Below, piece after piece: positions 1 through 12,000 of a stretch of DNA of 64,000 nucleotides. The notes beneath the pieces are model-generated. The model saw nothing but the letters and a program-made list of their open reading frames with translations. It was not told the DNA's origin and searched no databases. Within the stretch, counting starts at the first letter, position 1; every line of letters starts with the position of its first letter. Source of the DNA: a virus (Duplodnaviria; Caudoviricetes); the IMG/VR virus record IMGVR_UViG_3300032138_000002, positions 95,484 to 159,483 of that record, one strand, 5' to 3'. The position numbers and the translations under genes were made by a program.

Positions 1-3000
1 TCAAAGCCGCCGGGTGAGGCACAGCGATTAACGATAATCGACTCTGTTTTAGGTCGCGAGGGTAATTCGAAGTTAAGGTTTCCTGTCAAGAACGCAACTT
101 CCGGCGTTTGAGAGGCTAAGTCTTCGGAATTATGAACAAACCATCGGTTATTTGCCGTACGGCTATTGGAGGATACCACGTCGGTGTTGCGAGAGAAGTT
201 TCCAATTACAGTGGTTTTTTGTTGGGCAGACCCCGTAGCTGTCTTAAGATTTTTAATAACAACCGGGCGTTTCGTGCCAAGATTAATATCAGATCTTGCA
301 AGATCCAGATTAAGTGTTCCGGATTTTGTTTTACGGGGCTCATAAATACTGACATCTGCGCCAATGCCGCCGGCTAACGTTGCCGGGGAAGCGCCTGTGC
401 CGCCGGCAACAAAAGTTCCGACAACATCTGTGAACGTAATATCATTTCCCGCGGCGCCCGGAGCGGTCGCGGTCACCTTGAATTTATTCGTAGTGCTGCC
501 TGCTTCGGCAGTGATCCCAGCAACACCATTGGTTGCGTCACCTGATCCTGCTCCATACGCAACAGAGTTTGATGGAGATGGAGTGCCGCCGCCAATAGCG
601 ATGATTATGCGGGCGCGGATGGCTGCAGCGGTTCCCGCTGAGCTAAATTCTACTTGGTTTGCGGTACCGGCAGATGGTGTTCCAGCCACCATTTTGATAG
701 TTATGTCGGTTCCGGCGCCTCCAACTGCAGATGGAACATTAACTGTGAATTTGTCATTGTCGCTGGAGCCAGCCAGGCTCAAAACGTCGTCGCGGGAAGC
801 TGCCACGGATGCGCTCAAAAAACTTGCAGGCCCGGATATTCTAAATCTTTCAGGACGAGAGTAGTTATTTTGGCTTCCGGAGGCGACAGGTTGTTTGCGA
901 TTTAAGAACCCTCCCTCGTTTTGTCGAGCGAATGGGCCTTGGAGGGGTGTTTCAATAGTGGCGGCGACGTCTTGTTGAATGTTGGTAAAAATTAGTCCCT
1001 GACTACTGCTATAAAGCGATGGGAAACTATTTGGCATCCGACTTCGTTTACTTCCCCACAGCCGGCTGTCGACAGATGGGAACACCTGCACCTTTGGAAT
1101 AAGATTAATCGGAGTCCAACCGGGTGTTTCTTCGTCTGGTTCGGGGGTTGAATCGGGCTCTTGGTAATCAATCAAATTAATAGAATTGACTGAAAGGGTG
1201 GCATCCCTAACTGATGGGGCCTCTAGCGTCTGCTCCTTTTTTAAATTGGTCGCGCCGGCGTGGAGTACCACGTCTTTGTTCAGGGCAGACAGGCCGCCTC
1301 GTTTAGACAATAAGTTTTCCGCTTCTTGATTAGAGCTTTTCTTGGGAATATTAGATGAATGTCTTCCTCCCATGGGGTTAAACATCACTCGTCGAAGGGC
1401 TTCGCGGGTTTCGTCGACTGAAGTATTACCTGAACTAATAGCTGAGATCTTTGTGGGGTCCGCTGCTGTCTTCCACCAAACTGGGTTGGTGTTTTGACTG
1501 CCTTCTGTTGGGGACGCTTCTACAGTGGCGTGGTTCTCTCCCCAAGCAGTGCCATTATTCGAGGCCTCGCTTATGTTGTCAGGCTGTTTTGTTTCGAGTT
1601 TGGCCGCGGAACCCTTACCTCCGATATAGTAATCCAACATGGGGTATTTATTCCAGTATTTGTTCCTTTCTAGAACATGGCTCTCGACAATAGTGCGCAG
1701 ACCAGAGGATTTTCCGGCGGAAGCGGGAAAAAGTTGTTCCACCATATATCCGATCGCATTATCGATCCAGCGATAATAGCTGAGATATTTATCAATGTCC
1801 GGGTCGTTATCAATCTTTTCGAAGAAAAGCTGTCTTAGCTTCCCAAGAGTTTTATAATCTTGACGGTAGCGGTTTACCCCATGACCAATCAGGCTATTAA
1901 AATCTTTTAGCGTCGCAAAGAAATTAATCATTTCTTCGGAAATAGCCCTATACATACTTTTTTCTAGAGAAAATTGATAGGTCGTCGGGCGAGTTTCCCG
2001 AGTAAATTCAATGTCGTCGCGCTCTAAAATTGTCACCATATCTGAGCTATCAATCTCTTCTGGAAGGGATTGTTTAGCATTAGAAATATATTGATTTCCC
2101 ACCACATTTGAGTTCGATGTGGCGAAGAAGCCTCCCCGGCCAGTTTGGTTGTAGCCAAGAACGTTTCCGAGCCAGCGATATCGTTTGGTCATCGGAATGG
2201 AGCCAGATGAAAAATCCTCGATTTGGAAACGCCCTGAAGCGTTGGAACTCGTTACCGTACTAAAGTCCCAGTTTAAAAGCAGTGTCGCGCTCTTGGGGAC
2301 ATATTGATTATTACCCTGAAAGACGGGAGCAATAGGCACAGCCGACGATGAATTTTCAAACAAATAAGCACTTTCATAGGGATAAAAGCGTCCAAAGTTA
2401 GTAATGTCAGACGCATGCGCATCAATTTCATCGTTTTGAACATAGTCAAACCAAGCTCGGGTAGACCCTATCTTAAGGTCGGTATGATTTAGGAGGGAGC
2501 CCGTAAAGTCGGTACGATACGCGCCGGTATAGAGACGCTTAGGATTTTTTAAAAATTCGTCTCCATAACTCTCTGCTACTGATGCAGTTAAATAAAAGCT
2601 ATTTGTTTTTACATAACCGTCGTATGATACTCCATAAAATTCATATTTGTAACCATTAGCATCTTCGCTGCCATCGACTGTATCTCTGTAAGGGTACGAC
2701 TTAGGTACAACACGTACAGCGATATTCCATTTTTGATTCTCATACTGATCCTTGAAATAAGAGCTTGTCAGGGTAGTGAGGCCGGGCATCGCGGCATTAG
2801 ACGCAGATAAGATAAATTTTACATTTTGAGAATTTTCTTTTTCTCTTGCAACATACACCTGGAAATTGGCGTAGTCAGTGGTCGCGTAACCTGTAGGCCA
2901 CCGTGTTTCGGTGCCGTCGGATGTATCACCAACTTGATGAATTCCAAAAACCGAAGAAGACAGGTAGGGATAAAGCGCGTTAGCTGAGGAACCAGAATAA

Positions 3001-5216
3001 TAAATCGACAGTTGATTTGGGAGAAGGAACTCGCACTCATAAGTTTGAGCCATTCCATTTTCCAAAAATGTTTCCGCGGGATATTGAGAGGCTGAGATGA
3101 AGCCTGTAGTCGTCGCAGACGATAATTTATATTGGTACATGGTTGCGCCCCAATTATCTTGGGTGCTAAAATCTACAAATTTCTTTTTCTTGGTACGTAA
3201 ATTAACATTCTTATCAAATTCGTGAGTATTGTTGTGAGTATAAACGTTCAACTTTACAATTTCTTCATCGATTCCGAAACAACGAATAAGATTACGAATT
3301 GACTTTTCAGTTCCTTTAGCCTTATAAATGTCTGTGAGGTTGTTATAAATGTTTTTATAAATCAGATTTTTAACATTAGACAACTTATCCGAAAAACGAA
3401 TGAAATCATTTTGATTCATAAATTGTTCTAATACTGATGCGTCTGCGAACATCTCTGTGGTCAGGAACCCTTTGCCTTGCAAAACCTTCTCATTATATGG
3501 GAATGCCTTTTGTTGACTTCCGCTTATACTTGCGCTAACATATGTTTTATCTTGTAAACGTGGGAGATATTTAATTTGTGCAGATACGTCATCAAAATAA
3601 TTTGCCATAATCTGAGTTAATTTGAGGAGGTTTTTCCCAGTTTCATCATCTTCTGAAATAATCCACTCGGGCAGCGAATTATAAAGGGAGGCGGCATTTT
3701 CAAAGTCATAAACCTGTCCCTCTCCCGTCTTGGCCGTTATAAGATTACCCACCTCGGGATGGGCACGATACATAATAGGGTCTTTAAATTCTGTTATCGA
3801 GGCAGAAGATTCTACAATCGCGGATCCCGTATTCCTGGCTGTGGCTGTATAGCCAGTCCAAGTTCCGTTCGAAACACGGCCAGAAAAGTCCAATACAATG
3901 GAATCTAAACTGGTTGCTCCGGTGATACCCTCATTAAATTTAAAATATACTCCGAGATCTGTGTTGGCTAAATCGACATTTGTACCTGCGCCGATGGCGC
4001 CATTGTAATTGAGGCCCACTTGTTTAGCATCCCTGCTCGACTTCCAGAATCTAAGTTCGTCTAGGGAGCCTGAGAGCTTACCATAGCCTCTCATAAGCTC
4101 CATGTCCTCTCCAACGGCTGTGTTGTAGGTCCCGCCTTCTGTACCCGAAGGAGAGGCCACTAAGGCCCCTACATTCGCCACCATGGCCCCACTCACATAA
4201 TCAATAGTGGAGCCGGTGAAGAGTGACTGATTATAACGGCCGTCGACATAAAGAGAAACTTCTACGGCCTTCATATCCGGCTGGAGGCCGCCGCCGCTGG
4301 CCTGCGTCGTATCCACCGGTGGGAAAGTTTGTAAACTGCCGAGTGAGCCGGTATTTTTAATAGTAACGGCGTAGTGCTGCCATGTGTTATCGGCCATACT
4401 AGTGGTAGTAATACTTCCAATTGGTACTCGCCAGAACCCATTGGTACCTGACATGCACGTGACATACAACGGGCTGCTATTCGTATTTCCTGAAACTTCA
4501 ACTCGGAGGCGCCCATAATTTACACTGGACGAGATGCTGCTGGTTGTAAAACAATCAAAAATGGTTTCAAACCCGCCACCATTAATACTTGATAAGAACT
4601 CTGACTTCTTCAACCAAAATTCGACAGTATTTCCTGTAGCGCCGTTTATTTCTAGATTCGAGCCCCGCTTATCACTGAGATTAAAAAAGTTGGCGCCCTT
4701 TCGTGTTGAAGTTCTGTCTTGTATCTCGATAAAACTATTGCGAACAGCGTTATTGTCTGCATCCGCATTGGGACCGCCTTTTACTAAAATATATTCTAAA
4801 TCGGAGGATTTATCGTAATCTCCAATAGTTGCAGCTTTGGTCCCCCAGCCGTCGCCCTCATTGTCCGGTGAAAATATAGCGTATCCAGTAGTTCGAGGAT
4901 ATAACTCATTGAAAATATAGAGATCTAAGTAAGAAGAAGAATTGAGCCATGCCTGCTTTTCATATAAAGATCCGTCATACGGATAATCCTCGTACACTCT
5001 CCGAATAGAAGCTTCGTAGTATTCTTCAGCCGAACCAAATTTAACAAAGTTCGCCGGAGAAGAATAATCAATAGGGGGAACATACCGGTGTTGAGCCTGC
5101 GCAACTGCATAAGCATTTCTATCCGACTCTGCGTTGTCTCCAATTTCTTTGGTAGATTTCGCAACAAATATTTTTTTTTGGCCTTGGCCTTTAAATAAGT
5201 CTTTTAGATCGCTCAT
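1..5216 (-). CDS. Large baseplate wedge/tail protein with LamG (concanavalin A-like) domain; runs off the left window edge (>1,738 aa)
   Basis: Not in the ORF track. ATG at 5216 overlaps the upstream TGA (ATGA). Translates MSDLKDLFKGQGQKKIFVAK...NFVKFGSAEEYY...YPYDGS, and the same frame is open at the window edge (...KTESIIVNRCASPGGF). Absence from the track is consistent with no in-window stop. LamG-type motifs TVEFWLKK, WQHYAVTI, LYVDG, GSLDELRFW; wedge-type IYKAKGTEKSIRNLIRCFG. Confidence 0.8.
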   Translation of the reverse strand, partial: MSDLKDLFKGQGQKKIFVAKSTKEIGDNAESDRNAYAVAQAQHRYVPPIDYSSPANFVKFGSAEEYYEASIRRVYEDYPYDGSLYEKQAWLNSSSYLDLYIFNELYPRTTGYAIFSPDNEGDGWGTKAATIGDYDKSSDLEYILVKGGPNADADNNAVRNSFIEIQDRTSTRKGANFFNLSDKRGSNLEINGATGNTVEFWLKKSEFLSSINGGGFETIFDCFTTSSISSSVNYGRLRVEVSGNTNSSPLYVTCMSGTNGFWRVPIGSITTTSMADNTWQHYAVTIKNTGSLGSLQTFPPVDTTQASGGGLQPDMKAVEVSLYVDGRYNQSLFTGSTIDYVSGAMVANVGALVASPSGTEGGTYNTAVGEDMELMRGYGKLSGSLDELRFWKSSRDAKQVGLNYNGAIGAGTNVDLANTDLGVYFKFNEGITGATSLDSIVLDFSGRVSNGTWTGYTATARNTGSAIVESSASITEFKDPIMYRAHPEVGNLITAKTGEGQVYDFENAASLYNSLPEWIISEDDETGKNLLKLTQIMANYFDDVSAQIKYLPRLQDKTYVSASISGSQQKAFPYNEKVLQGKGFLTTEMFADASVLEQFMNQNDFIRFSDKLSNVKNLIYKNIYNNLTDIYKAKGTEKSIRNLIRCFGIDEEIVKLNVYTHNNTHEFDKNVNLRTKKKKFVDFSTQDNWGATMYQYKLSSATTTGFISASQYPAETFLENGMAQTYECEFLLPNQLSIYYSGSSANALYPYLSSSVFGIHQVGDTSDGTETRWPTGYATTDYANFQVYVAREKENSQNVKFILSASNAAMPGLTTLTSSYFKDQYENQKWNIAVRVVPKSYPYRDTVDGSEDANGYKYEFYGVSYDGYVKTNSFYLTASVAESYGDEFLKNPKRLYTGAYRTDFTGSLLNHTDLKIGSTRAWFDYVQNDEIDAHASDITNFGRFYPYESAYLFENSSSAVPIAPVFQGNNQYVPKSATLLLNWDFSTVTSSNASGRFQIEDFSSGSIPMTKRYRWLGNVLGYNQTGRGGFFATSNSNVVGNQYISNAKQSLPEEIDSSDMVTILERDDIEFTRETRPTTYQFSLEKSMYRAISEEMINFFATLKDFNSLIGHGVNRYRQDYKTLGKLRQLFFEKIDNDPDIDKYLSYYRWIDNAIGYMVEQLFPASAGKSSGLRTIVESHVLERNKYWNKYPMLDYYIGGKGSAAKLETKQPDNISEASNNGTAWGENHATVEASPTEGSQNTNPVWWKTAADPTKISAISSGNTSVDETREALRRVMFNPMGGRHSSNIPKKSSNQEAENLLSKRGGLSALNKDVVLHAGATNLKKEQTLEAPSVRDATLSVNSINLIDYQEPDSTPEPDEETPGWTPINLIPKVQVFPSVDSRLWGSKRSRMPNSFPSLYSSSQGLIFTNIQQDVAATIETPLQGPFARQNEGGFLNRKQPVASGSQNNYSRPERFRISGPASFLSASVAASRDDVLSLAGSSDNDKFTVNVPSAVGGAGTDITIKMVAGTPSAGTANQVEFSSAGTAAAIRARIIIAIGGGTPSPSNSVAYGAGSGDATNGVAGITAEAGSTTNKFKVTATAPGAAGNDITFTDVVGTFVAGGTGASPATLAGGIGADVSIYEPRKTKSGTLNLDLARSDINLGTKRPVVIKNLKTATGSAQQKTTVIGNFSRNTDVVSSNSRTANNRWFVHNSEDLASQTPEVAFLTGNLNFELPSRPKTESIIVNRCASPGGF

Positions 5217-6850
5217 GATTTTTCTTCAACTCTGAATTTGAATATCTCTGGCTGTTCCAGATAACCTTCTCCTGTATAGTATGCAAACTTAATGCCGTAC
5301 GCATAGTCTCGTTCTAAGAGTGATATGTCAAAATCAAAATAGTTGCCAGAAACATCAAAGGATAACCTGGTATAATCAGATTTAGATCCTGTAGCGCCTG
5401 GTGCGCTTCCTGTTCCAAACACCACTGCGTCGGTATTGTCTGCTAATCTATAAACTCTATAATAGGCATTATCAATAATCGTATTTTGTACGTCTGCCGT
5501 GGCTTTTGTGTAAATATTTTTTGTGTCGCCTATTTCCCGGATAAATACTCGGAACCGGGGCTTTTCTGTTTTGCCATATAAATCTTTTAAATTAGTAATT
5601 TTAGTGGTATAAGTTGGCGTTGAATAAATGGGGGAAGTACTAAGAGTGGTGGGAACGAAGCTTCCTGTGCTGAACTGAGCTATAACGTTCGAACCGGCTG
5701 CATTGTTTGTGTCCTCACTTCCCGTAAACCATACATCATATATGCGCGTTAATGGCGTAGACGCGCCTGTAAGAGCGACAGAGGCCGAATATATCCCCGT
5801 AGATACATAACCCCCTGTAACGGCGAAAACGTTAGTGCTTCGTACGTGTTGGCCGTCCGCTACACTTTCTAAAGCATCACCCGTAGGGGCTGTGTTGTCA
5901 AGGTTTCCAGAGAAAAAAGAAACATAGATTTCACCGGTGTAATCCGTAGCGATGTTGGGGATATCAGTGAGTTGTCCCCGGACATAGTTGTACAGGTAGA
6001 GAGTATTCAAGTTTTCTAAAGCGGTAGAAAGAGAACTGCTATAAAAGAAATTTCCCCTGTCATCTTTTTCGGTGTTGTCGTAACGAGCCTCAACACAAGG
6101 GCGTTTGAAAAAAAACTCACTCCCGCGGGCAAAGAATTTTTTAGTATAATAGGATTCCTTAGATCCTGTGGTATTAAGCACGAGGGCTGTCGACGTACCG
6201 GCGGAAGAATAAGCTTCTTGAGACCCTGTTAATTTTACCATAACACCGTAGTTGGGAATGCCCCCTCCTGAAGCTCCCTTTATCCATTGTTCAACCAATT
6301 CGGAGATATCCACTTCCATACTCTCAGTACCATCTGGAAACGTCACAGTATAAGTCGTCGCGGGGCTTTGTTGACCGTAAAAGTCTCCCCCTACATTGTC
6401 CCAGCTAAGGAGACCTGCTGATGATGTAGCTCGGCGGAGCCAATTGGAACCCGAACCGTCATAGGTGGAATCCGAATATTCATCATTATCTAGGCCGTTT
6501 CCCTCTTCCCACTCTTGACGCATAGGCGCTACTACCAATTGGATGTTTTTAGGCACCGTAAAGGCATGTGCGGCATTGAAAAGGCGAAGATAGAAAGAAA
6601 CATTTCCCGATGCAGGAAGAGTGCCCGCGGTTCGATCGGAACTAATATCTGAAATAGGAAATCGTACCATGGAGCGTGCTAGCTCCTGGGAATATCCATA
6701 GGTGCTGCCAGAATTTTGTCCGTAAATCGAAAATACTTCCATAATATCCGATTCGCCTGTATTGGAGCCGGTTCCGCGGGTGGTTAAATTAGCCTTAAAC
6801 GCATTTGTGATGGTATTATCGGCATCGGCAGTATATCTTTTTATAGGCAT
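5213..6850 (-). CDS. Virion structural (baseplate-region) protein
   Basis: 545 aa, S/T/G-rich with beta-strand-like composition; coupled to wedge genes on both sides. Confidence 0.6.
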   Translation of the reverse strand: MPIKRYTADADNTITNAFKANLTTRGTGSNTGESDIMEVFSIYGQNSGSTYGYSQELARSMVRFPISDISSDRTAGTLPASGNVSFYLRLFNAAHAFTVPKNIQLVVAPMRQEWEEGNGLDNDEYSDSTYDGSGSNWLRRATSSAGLLSWDNVGGDFYGQQSPATTYTVTFPDGTESMEVDISELVEQWIKGASGGGIPNYGVMVKLTGSQEAYSSAGTSTALVLNTTGSKESYYTKKFFARGSEFFFKRPCVEARYDNTEKDDRGNFFYSSSLSTALENLNTLYLYNYVRGQLTDIPNIATDYTGEIYVSFFSGNLDNTAPTGDALESVADGQHVRSTNVFAVTGGYVSTGIYSASVALTGASTPLTRIYDVWFTGSEDTNNAAGSNVIAQFSTGSFVPTTLSTSPIYSTPTYTTKITNLKDLYGKTEKPRFRVFIREIGDTKNIYTKATADVQNTIIDNAYYRVYRLADNTDAVVFGTGSAPGATGSKSDYTRLSFDVSGNYFDFDISLLERDYAYGIKFAYYTGEGYLEQPEIFKFRVEEKS

Positions 6851-8640
6851 TATTTAATAACCCCTATAATGTCCTCTTGCGTGTCTTTTAGTTCAAGCAC
6901 AAAACTGTCCGGTACCAAAAGCATCTGGCCATCATACGATGTATTGGCTTCAACATCAAAGAATATATCCGAATACCCCGTACCCGTTTTCTGGAAGATT
7001 GTGACGTCTAAAGTATCAACAACTCCGTCTGTAGAGTTCAGGGTCCGATATATCTGTGCTATTGATAAGGCCTCACCTACATTCATTTTGGTATTGAATA
7101 GTTGAGCCACTCGTCTTTTTAGGTCCAACATCAAATCAATGGAATTCACGTTTCTCTGTGCTATTACCGAAAATCTCACACCTATATTAATTACATTTGC
7201 ATCGAGTATATCTATTGTATCGTTTAGCATCTTGTAATCATTTATCCAAACTTTCAAATTATTTTTAACCGTGGGGGTGCTCTGCACCAAATTGCCATTA
7301 TACTCGGAAACAACATAAATGTTTAAGTTTCTCTTAAAAGAATCTTTGTCTTGCGCGATGGAGCATCTCTTAACTGCACCAAATTTAGGGGGCATGCTGT
7401 AAATCATACTTATATAATCTTGTGTGGTAACGGCCCTGTTTTGTGCAGCAAAATAATTTTTAGCCAATAATTTAAGTTCTGTTGTATTCGGAGTGTCGAT
7501 GTCTCCTACAATACGCCGTTCATTGTCAACCTGGAGGCTTGTTCTTACGTCGGACACTTTAGAGGATACAAGAGACGCCTCATCGGAAAACTGCATTTCA
7601 TAGCCTCCCATTTGTACAAGTGTTCCGACGCCGGCGTTAACATCATTGCTGGTGTTTGCTCTGTAAGAGATATATAGGGTGGTGTTCGAGGGACCTACAC
7701 CAAATTTATCATTAGCCACCAATTTTCCAGGATCAAGAGACATGGCGGTGGTATAGTCTTTAGCGTGGCGTTTTAAAACAACCGCAGAGGGGTCCGCTAC
7801 GGCATTATTAGTTACATCCAGATCCGATCCATGGCCGAATTGTAGGGTCGTTGAGCTACGATTATAAGCGGTCGAAAACCGACGCGTTACAATGTGGGGG
7901 GTAAGAATATAGGGTACCCTGTTGCTATCACTGCCTCTATTTTTTACATTACGATATATTACGTTCTGAGCTAAAGACGGCACCTCATAATATATATTTC
8001 CATTACTATCGGCTACTGATAATATTTCCGTCAAGAATGGATCAGGGATAGTCACTGAGCGGAATTTGCGAAAGCCGCCTATATTGGCTGTGTGGACGCG
8101 TCGGGTCCCAGATATAACTTCGGCGTCGATTTTAATGGCGTAGTGCGTTGGTACGCCCGTAGTTGCATTTGTGGTCGCGACAACAACCTCTGCGTCTGCT
8201 CTAGTAAAATCTACATCATCTATTAAAGTATATGGGTTTCCCCCGGTTGAAGTCACGATGGCTCCGCGTTTGAGGAGAGGAAGATAATCACTATCCACAC
8301 CAATCCCATTAGCGTTGGCGGGTACTAAGACATAAAAGGAAACCGTGCCGGTGGCCGTTGCAGTCGGCTTATAATTATAACCAAGCTGCTTCGCGAGACG
8401 AACAATATTTTGATATTCCGTAGCTGTATCTAGAAAAGATTCGTTGGCCTGATAATCCAGGTAAAACGAGAGTACGTCGCCGACATAGGCCACGGCATCG
8501 AACATTAACGATCCAAAGGATGCTTTGGAAAAATCTTTATACTGATCTGGATAATAACGCTTTGTGTGTTCTACCAAATCGCTTTTAATATCGTTAAAGG
8601 TCCTGCTCGTGTATTTAATTGGAATGTCTTGGTCTGCCAT
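6850..8640 (-). CDS. Baseplate wedge subunit (T4 gp6/baseplate J-like)
   Basis: KYTSRTFNDIKSDL, AYVGDVLSFYLDYQANESFLDTA, AKQLGY, AQNRAVTTQDY motifs typical of gp6-like wedges. Confidence 0.85.
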   Translation of the reverse strand: MADQDIPIKYTSRTFNDIKSDLVEHTKRYYPDQYKDFSKASFGSLMFDAVAYVGDVLSFYLDYQANESFLDTATEYQNIVRLAKQLGYNYKPTATATGTVSFYVLVPANANGIGVDSDYLPLLKRGAIVTSTGGNPYTLIDDVDFTRADAEVVVATTNATTGVPTHYAIKIDAEVISGTRRVHTANIGGFRKFRSVTIPDPFLTEILSVADSNGNIYYEVPSLAQNVIYRNVKNRGSDSNRVPYILTPHIVTRRFSTAYNRSSTTLQFGHGSDLDVTNNAVADPSAVVLKRHAKDYTTAMSLDPGKLVANDKFGVGPSNTTLYISYRANTSNDVNAGVGTLVQMGGYEMQFSDEASLVSSKVSDVRTSLQVDNERRIVGDIDTPNTTELKLLAKNYFAAQNRAVTTQDYISMIYSMPPKFGAVKRCSIAQDKDSFKRNLNIYVVSEYNGNLVQSTPTVKNNLKVWINDYKMLNDTIDILDANVINIGVRFSVIAQRNVNSIDLMLDLKRRVAQLFNTKMNVGEALSIAQIYRTLNSTDGVVDTLDVTIFQKTGTGYSDIFFDVEANTSYDGQMLLVPDSFVLELKDTQEDIIGVIK

Positions 8641-8676
8641 AGCTTAAAGCCCCTTAAATGTCAAAAATAATTAGTG

Positions 8677-9084
8677 TTATTTCACAATTATGTCAAGAAC
8701 ATCCGACTCATTTAAATTGGCGATGCGGTAGACAACACGGACAACCAGAACATTGGGAGAGATCTGTTCATATGCCGATACTAGATTGCCCGTTGTCGTT
8801 CTGGTAAAAACTCCTACAGAAATTAGTTCAACATAAGGCAAATAAATGGCGACCTGTGAGTTGATTCTACCCTGAATTGCCCCTTCGGTGGCTAGCGTCC
8901 CATTCTCAAATAAGAAGTTTCTTAACCCAACTCCAAATCCGGTTTCCATGATCTTCTCCCCGGGACTAGTCAAAATTAAATTTTTAAAATTTTGTTTAAC
9001 ATTGTCTTTTATATTCTGAATTGCGGTGTACGCGCCATTGGTTTCGTCCATGGTGAGGGGCAGTTGTGGTTGGATATTGGGCAT
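8677..9084 (-). CDS. Baseplate wedge protein, gp25/GPW family
   Basis: VKQNFKNLILTSPGEKIM..GFGVGLRNFLFE...YLPYV; adjacent to the gp6-like gene. Confidence 0.85.
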   Translation of the reverse strand: MPNIQPQLPLTMDETNGAYTAIQNIKDNVKQNFKNLILTSPGEKIMETGFGVGLRNFLFENGTLATEGAIQGRINSQVAIYLPYVELISVGVFTRTTTGNLVSAYEQISPNVLVVRVVYRIANLNESDVLDIIVK

Positions 9085-12000
9085 TTATGTTTGTTCTCCT
9101 AATTTGATAATTTCTTTTTTTAGCTGATCTAAAAATGGGATAATTGCATTATTATATTCCGCGTTGTCGGATGATTGCATCGCCAACGTGTGTAATAAAT
9201 ATGTTGTATACAAAGAATATATATCTTTTATAGGCAATATCTCATTAAACAAGGTGTCCCACGCGGTTCCCTCTTGTAATAGACATGCCAACTCTTTCCA
9301 AATTGTGTTGCCATAAAGATAGACTGGTGCGTGTGTGAAGGGTGATGGGATCTCATATTGGCCCGTCGGGTCCGGGCTTTCGGCGCCACCGCCCGATTTG
9401 GTATCTGCAACTTGGCCCGCGTAATCTCCGGAACCATATATCACGCTGCGGCGGGGGTCTATTCCGGATCCGGGGAGGTGGGGGATCCCCGCCACTGAAT
9501 GTGGTAAAAGTTTAACAAATTCTCTTAAAGTGGCTGTTGCTGGATCAATGGCCGTCTCATTAAAAACATCTAATTCTGGGCTAGCTAGCGACTTGGCAGC
9601 TTCCGCAATTCGAAGTGTTAGGGGGATTTTTTGATAGGGGAAATGTTCGCCAATGTTTTGTAAACCAATAAGTGGTTCCTCTGTGCCCGCGGTTGAGGAT
9701 GCGATAATAAATCGGAGGGGCATCCAAAGACGATCAAATAATATTTCATCCGGAGTACTGGCCGCTATTGCAGCTACAGGGTCCGAATTAAAAGCGATCG
9801 GAAGAAGATCGGGTGTTGCAGCGATGCCCGTGAGCGTCTGTTCCTCTTCGCCCTCCACTGTCCCACTAAACGTGTCCCAATAGGCAGCATCGTTGCCAAA
9901 TAAACCCACTATACTGTCCCTCAAAAGATAGTTGAGGCGCACTCCCAGCTTGAGGTTGGGTAACAAATTAGATACAGTAATTGTATCGGAAGTACCGTCA
10001 GATGACGGATCCCGAAGGGAAATCTTTTTGTATACTCGTATTATGCGAATCGTCTTAGTTGTGGCGGTGACATACTGGTCGTCGTCTTCACTATCTTTAT
10101 ACTGGATACCGTTGATGAGCCCAGCCTTCTTAATAACTTGCCCTTCGTTGCCGAGTTCTGTTCCCTTCGAAGCAACGCCAAATTGGATCGGGACGCGCAG
10201 CGTTTGTTCTCTTTCTACTATTGTGCCGGTATCTTGATCGAAAACCTTTGCAAGGTGATAAGCCTGTTCTGTGAAAATTGGTTCGGATACAGCTTTGTTA
10301 GTTTTCTCATTTAAGTTTAAGAACAGGTCTTTTAATTCTTTTATATTTTTAGGCAACGAAAACTTTCGGGTGGTCCCGCTGGGCAAATAGTTCCATGTCC
10401 CTATGTTGGTCCCGGGGGCGGACGCTTCTTTGGTGTTCTGTGCGGTAGTTTTTGATGTGAGGTCTAGCTGGGGTCCATACCACACATTGAGTTCTTCTCG
10501 ACTAGTATAATATGTGTCTTCCCGCTGGCCGCTCAAAGGAAAGGTTACTGTCTCAGGGGCAGTTCCAGTATACCACGTGATTTCAGATGTTTTATAGGAT
10601 GAAGGTGTCGAACCGCCATAACCCACCTTATTCAAGAATGGGGCCGTGGCGAGGGCCCATGGAAAATATTTCTTCTTTGCCGCGGAATAAAAATTGCGAG
10701 TATCCCACGGGACCGCACACCCGAGATATCGACCGCCGGCGCCGACCGACGTAGGGTTTCGCGCAGCCGCATTGGTATCTGGTTTCCGCTCAGCGTCGAC
10801 TTCGTTATCTTCTAAACCGGTCCAGGAACGTGTCCACCGGGCGTCTCTTAAGGGAACAGTCTCAAAAATATGGTTTTGTTCAATCGGGTTGAGTTGTGGG
10901 GTGATAAGACGTGTGCGGAGAATCCAATCCACATCATTTGAATTTAAAGTGCCGGCAGGGCCCCCTATAAAATTTTTCACGGATGGGCCATATGGCATAT
11001 TAGAAATGCGACCACTATAGTACCCAAACACTTTTGCGCTGTTTACCATGGTAGAAACCATGTCCCAGACAGGGGAATACCAAACGCCGGAGGCCGGGAG
11101 CCCATTTGTAACTTCCCAAGAATTATCTTCGTCAGGCGCGACGTACCAACCCAGTGGAATCATTAATTCTTTTTTATAATTATTTTCAAAATAAGATGCA
11201 TCCCCCCCTATTATTTTTAATAGGTCTATTGTTTCTTCGGTAGAGAAAGTAATGGGGCGGCTAGAACTGTCGCTTTCAAATATAGCATCGCCGTCGGGGT
11301 GTTGTTGCAAATACGGGAATCTCTCTTTGATCTCCCCCCGCTTTTCTTCCCAGGAATCAAATATAGAAATATTCCCCAATGATGATGCTGCGGCTTGAGA
11401 CGCGCCTTTCACATTAATAGCGTCGAATTGAACAAAATTTTCAAAGAAAAAGCCGCCTCGTACTGGAATTTGTTCCTTTTTCCATTCCTCCAAGCTCAAA
11501 TCATCGTCTGGAGTTTCTGTCGCCTCTAATACAGCTTTAGTTTGCCACACTAATGTATCTAAATCCGCGGGGATGATGGCGTCGGGCTTCGAGGCCCCTG
11601 TGGCTCCATATTTAGGATTGGAGAACTGGGGAACACTATCTGTCCCTAAAAGACGAGTGTCGGCCCACATATTTTTATTTAAGACAGGGAAGCCGTAGTG
11701 ATTATTTTGAGCCGATACATCGAGCGGAAAGTTAGGGCCAAACGAAGCCTCCGGGTCGCAAGATGGCGCGTCTCCTGATGCAATTAACCCCGTTATGGTA
11801 TCGTCCATGGGAGCCAGCGCATTATATTTAATATTATTCACGTCTAAACTTTCGTTATAACGCAGAAGTTTAATTTTTTGTAAATGTGCGTAAATTTCGG
11901 CGGTGAACTCTGTATTCTGGTTAGCTGCTGTGTTTAGCTGAGCGAGTACCTCCGGGTTGTTTAACAAATCAGAAGCTTGCGGATATGCGGCAAGGTAGCC

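Noticed and set aside
132-5167. Short ORFs listed in 1-5.2 kb (e.g. 364-864 +, 2819-3058 -, 4271-4516 -)
   Set aside because: They are antisense or off-frame shadows of the long minus-strand gene starting at 5216.
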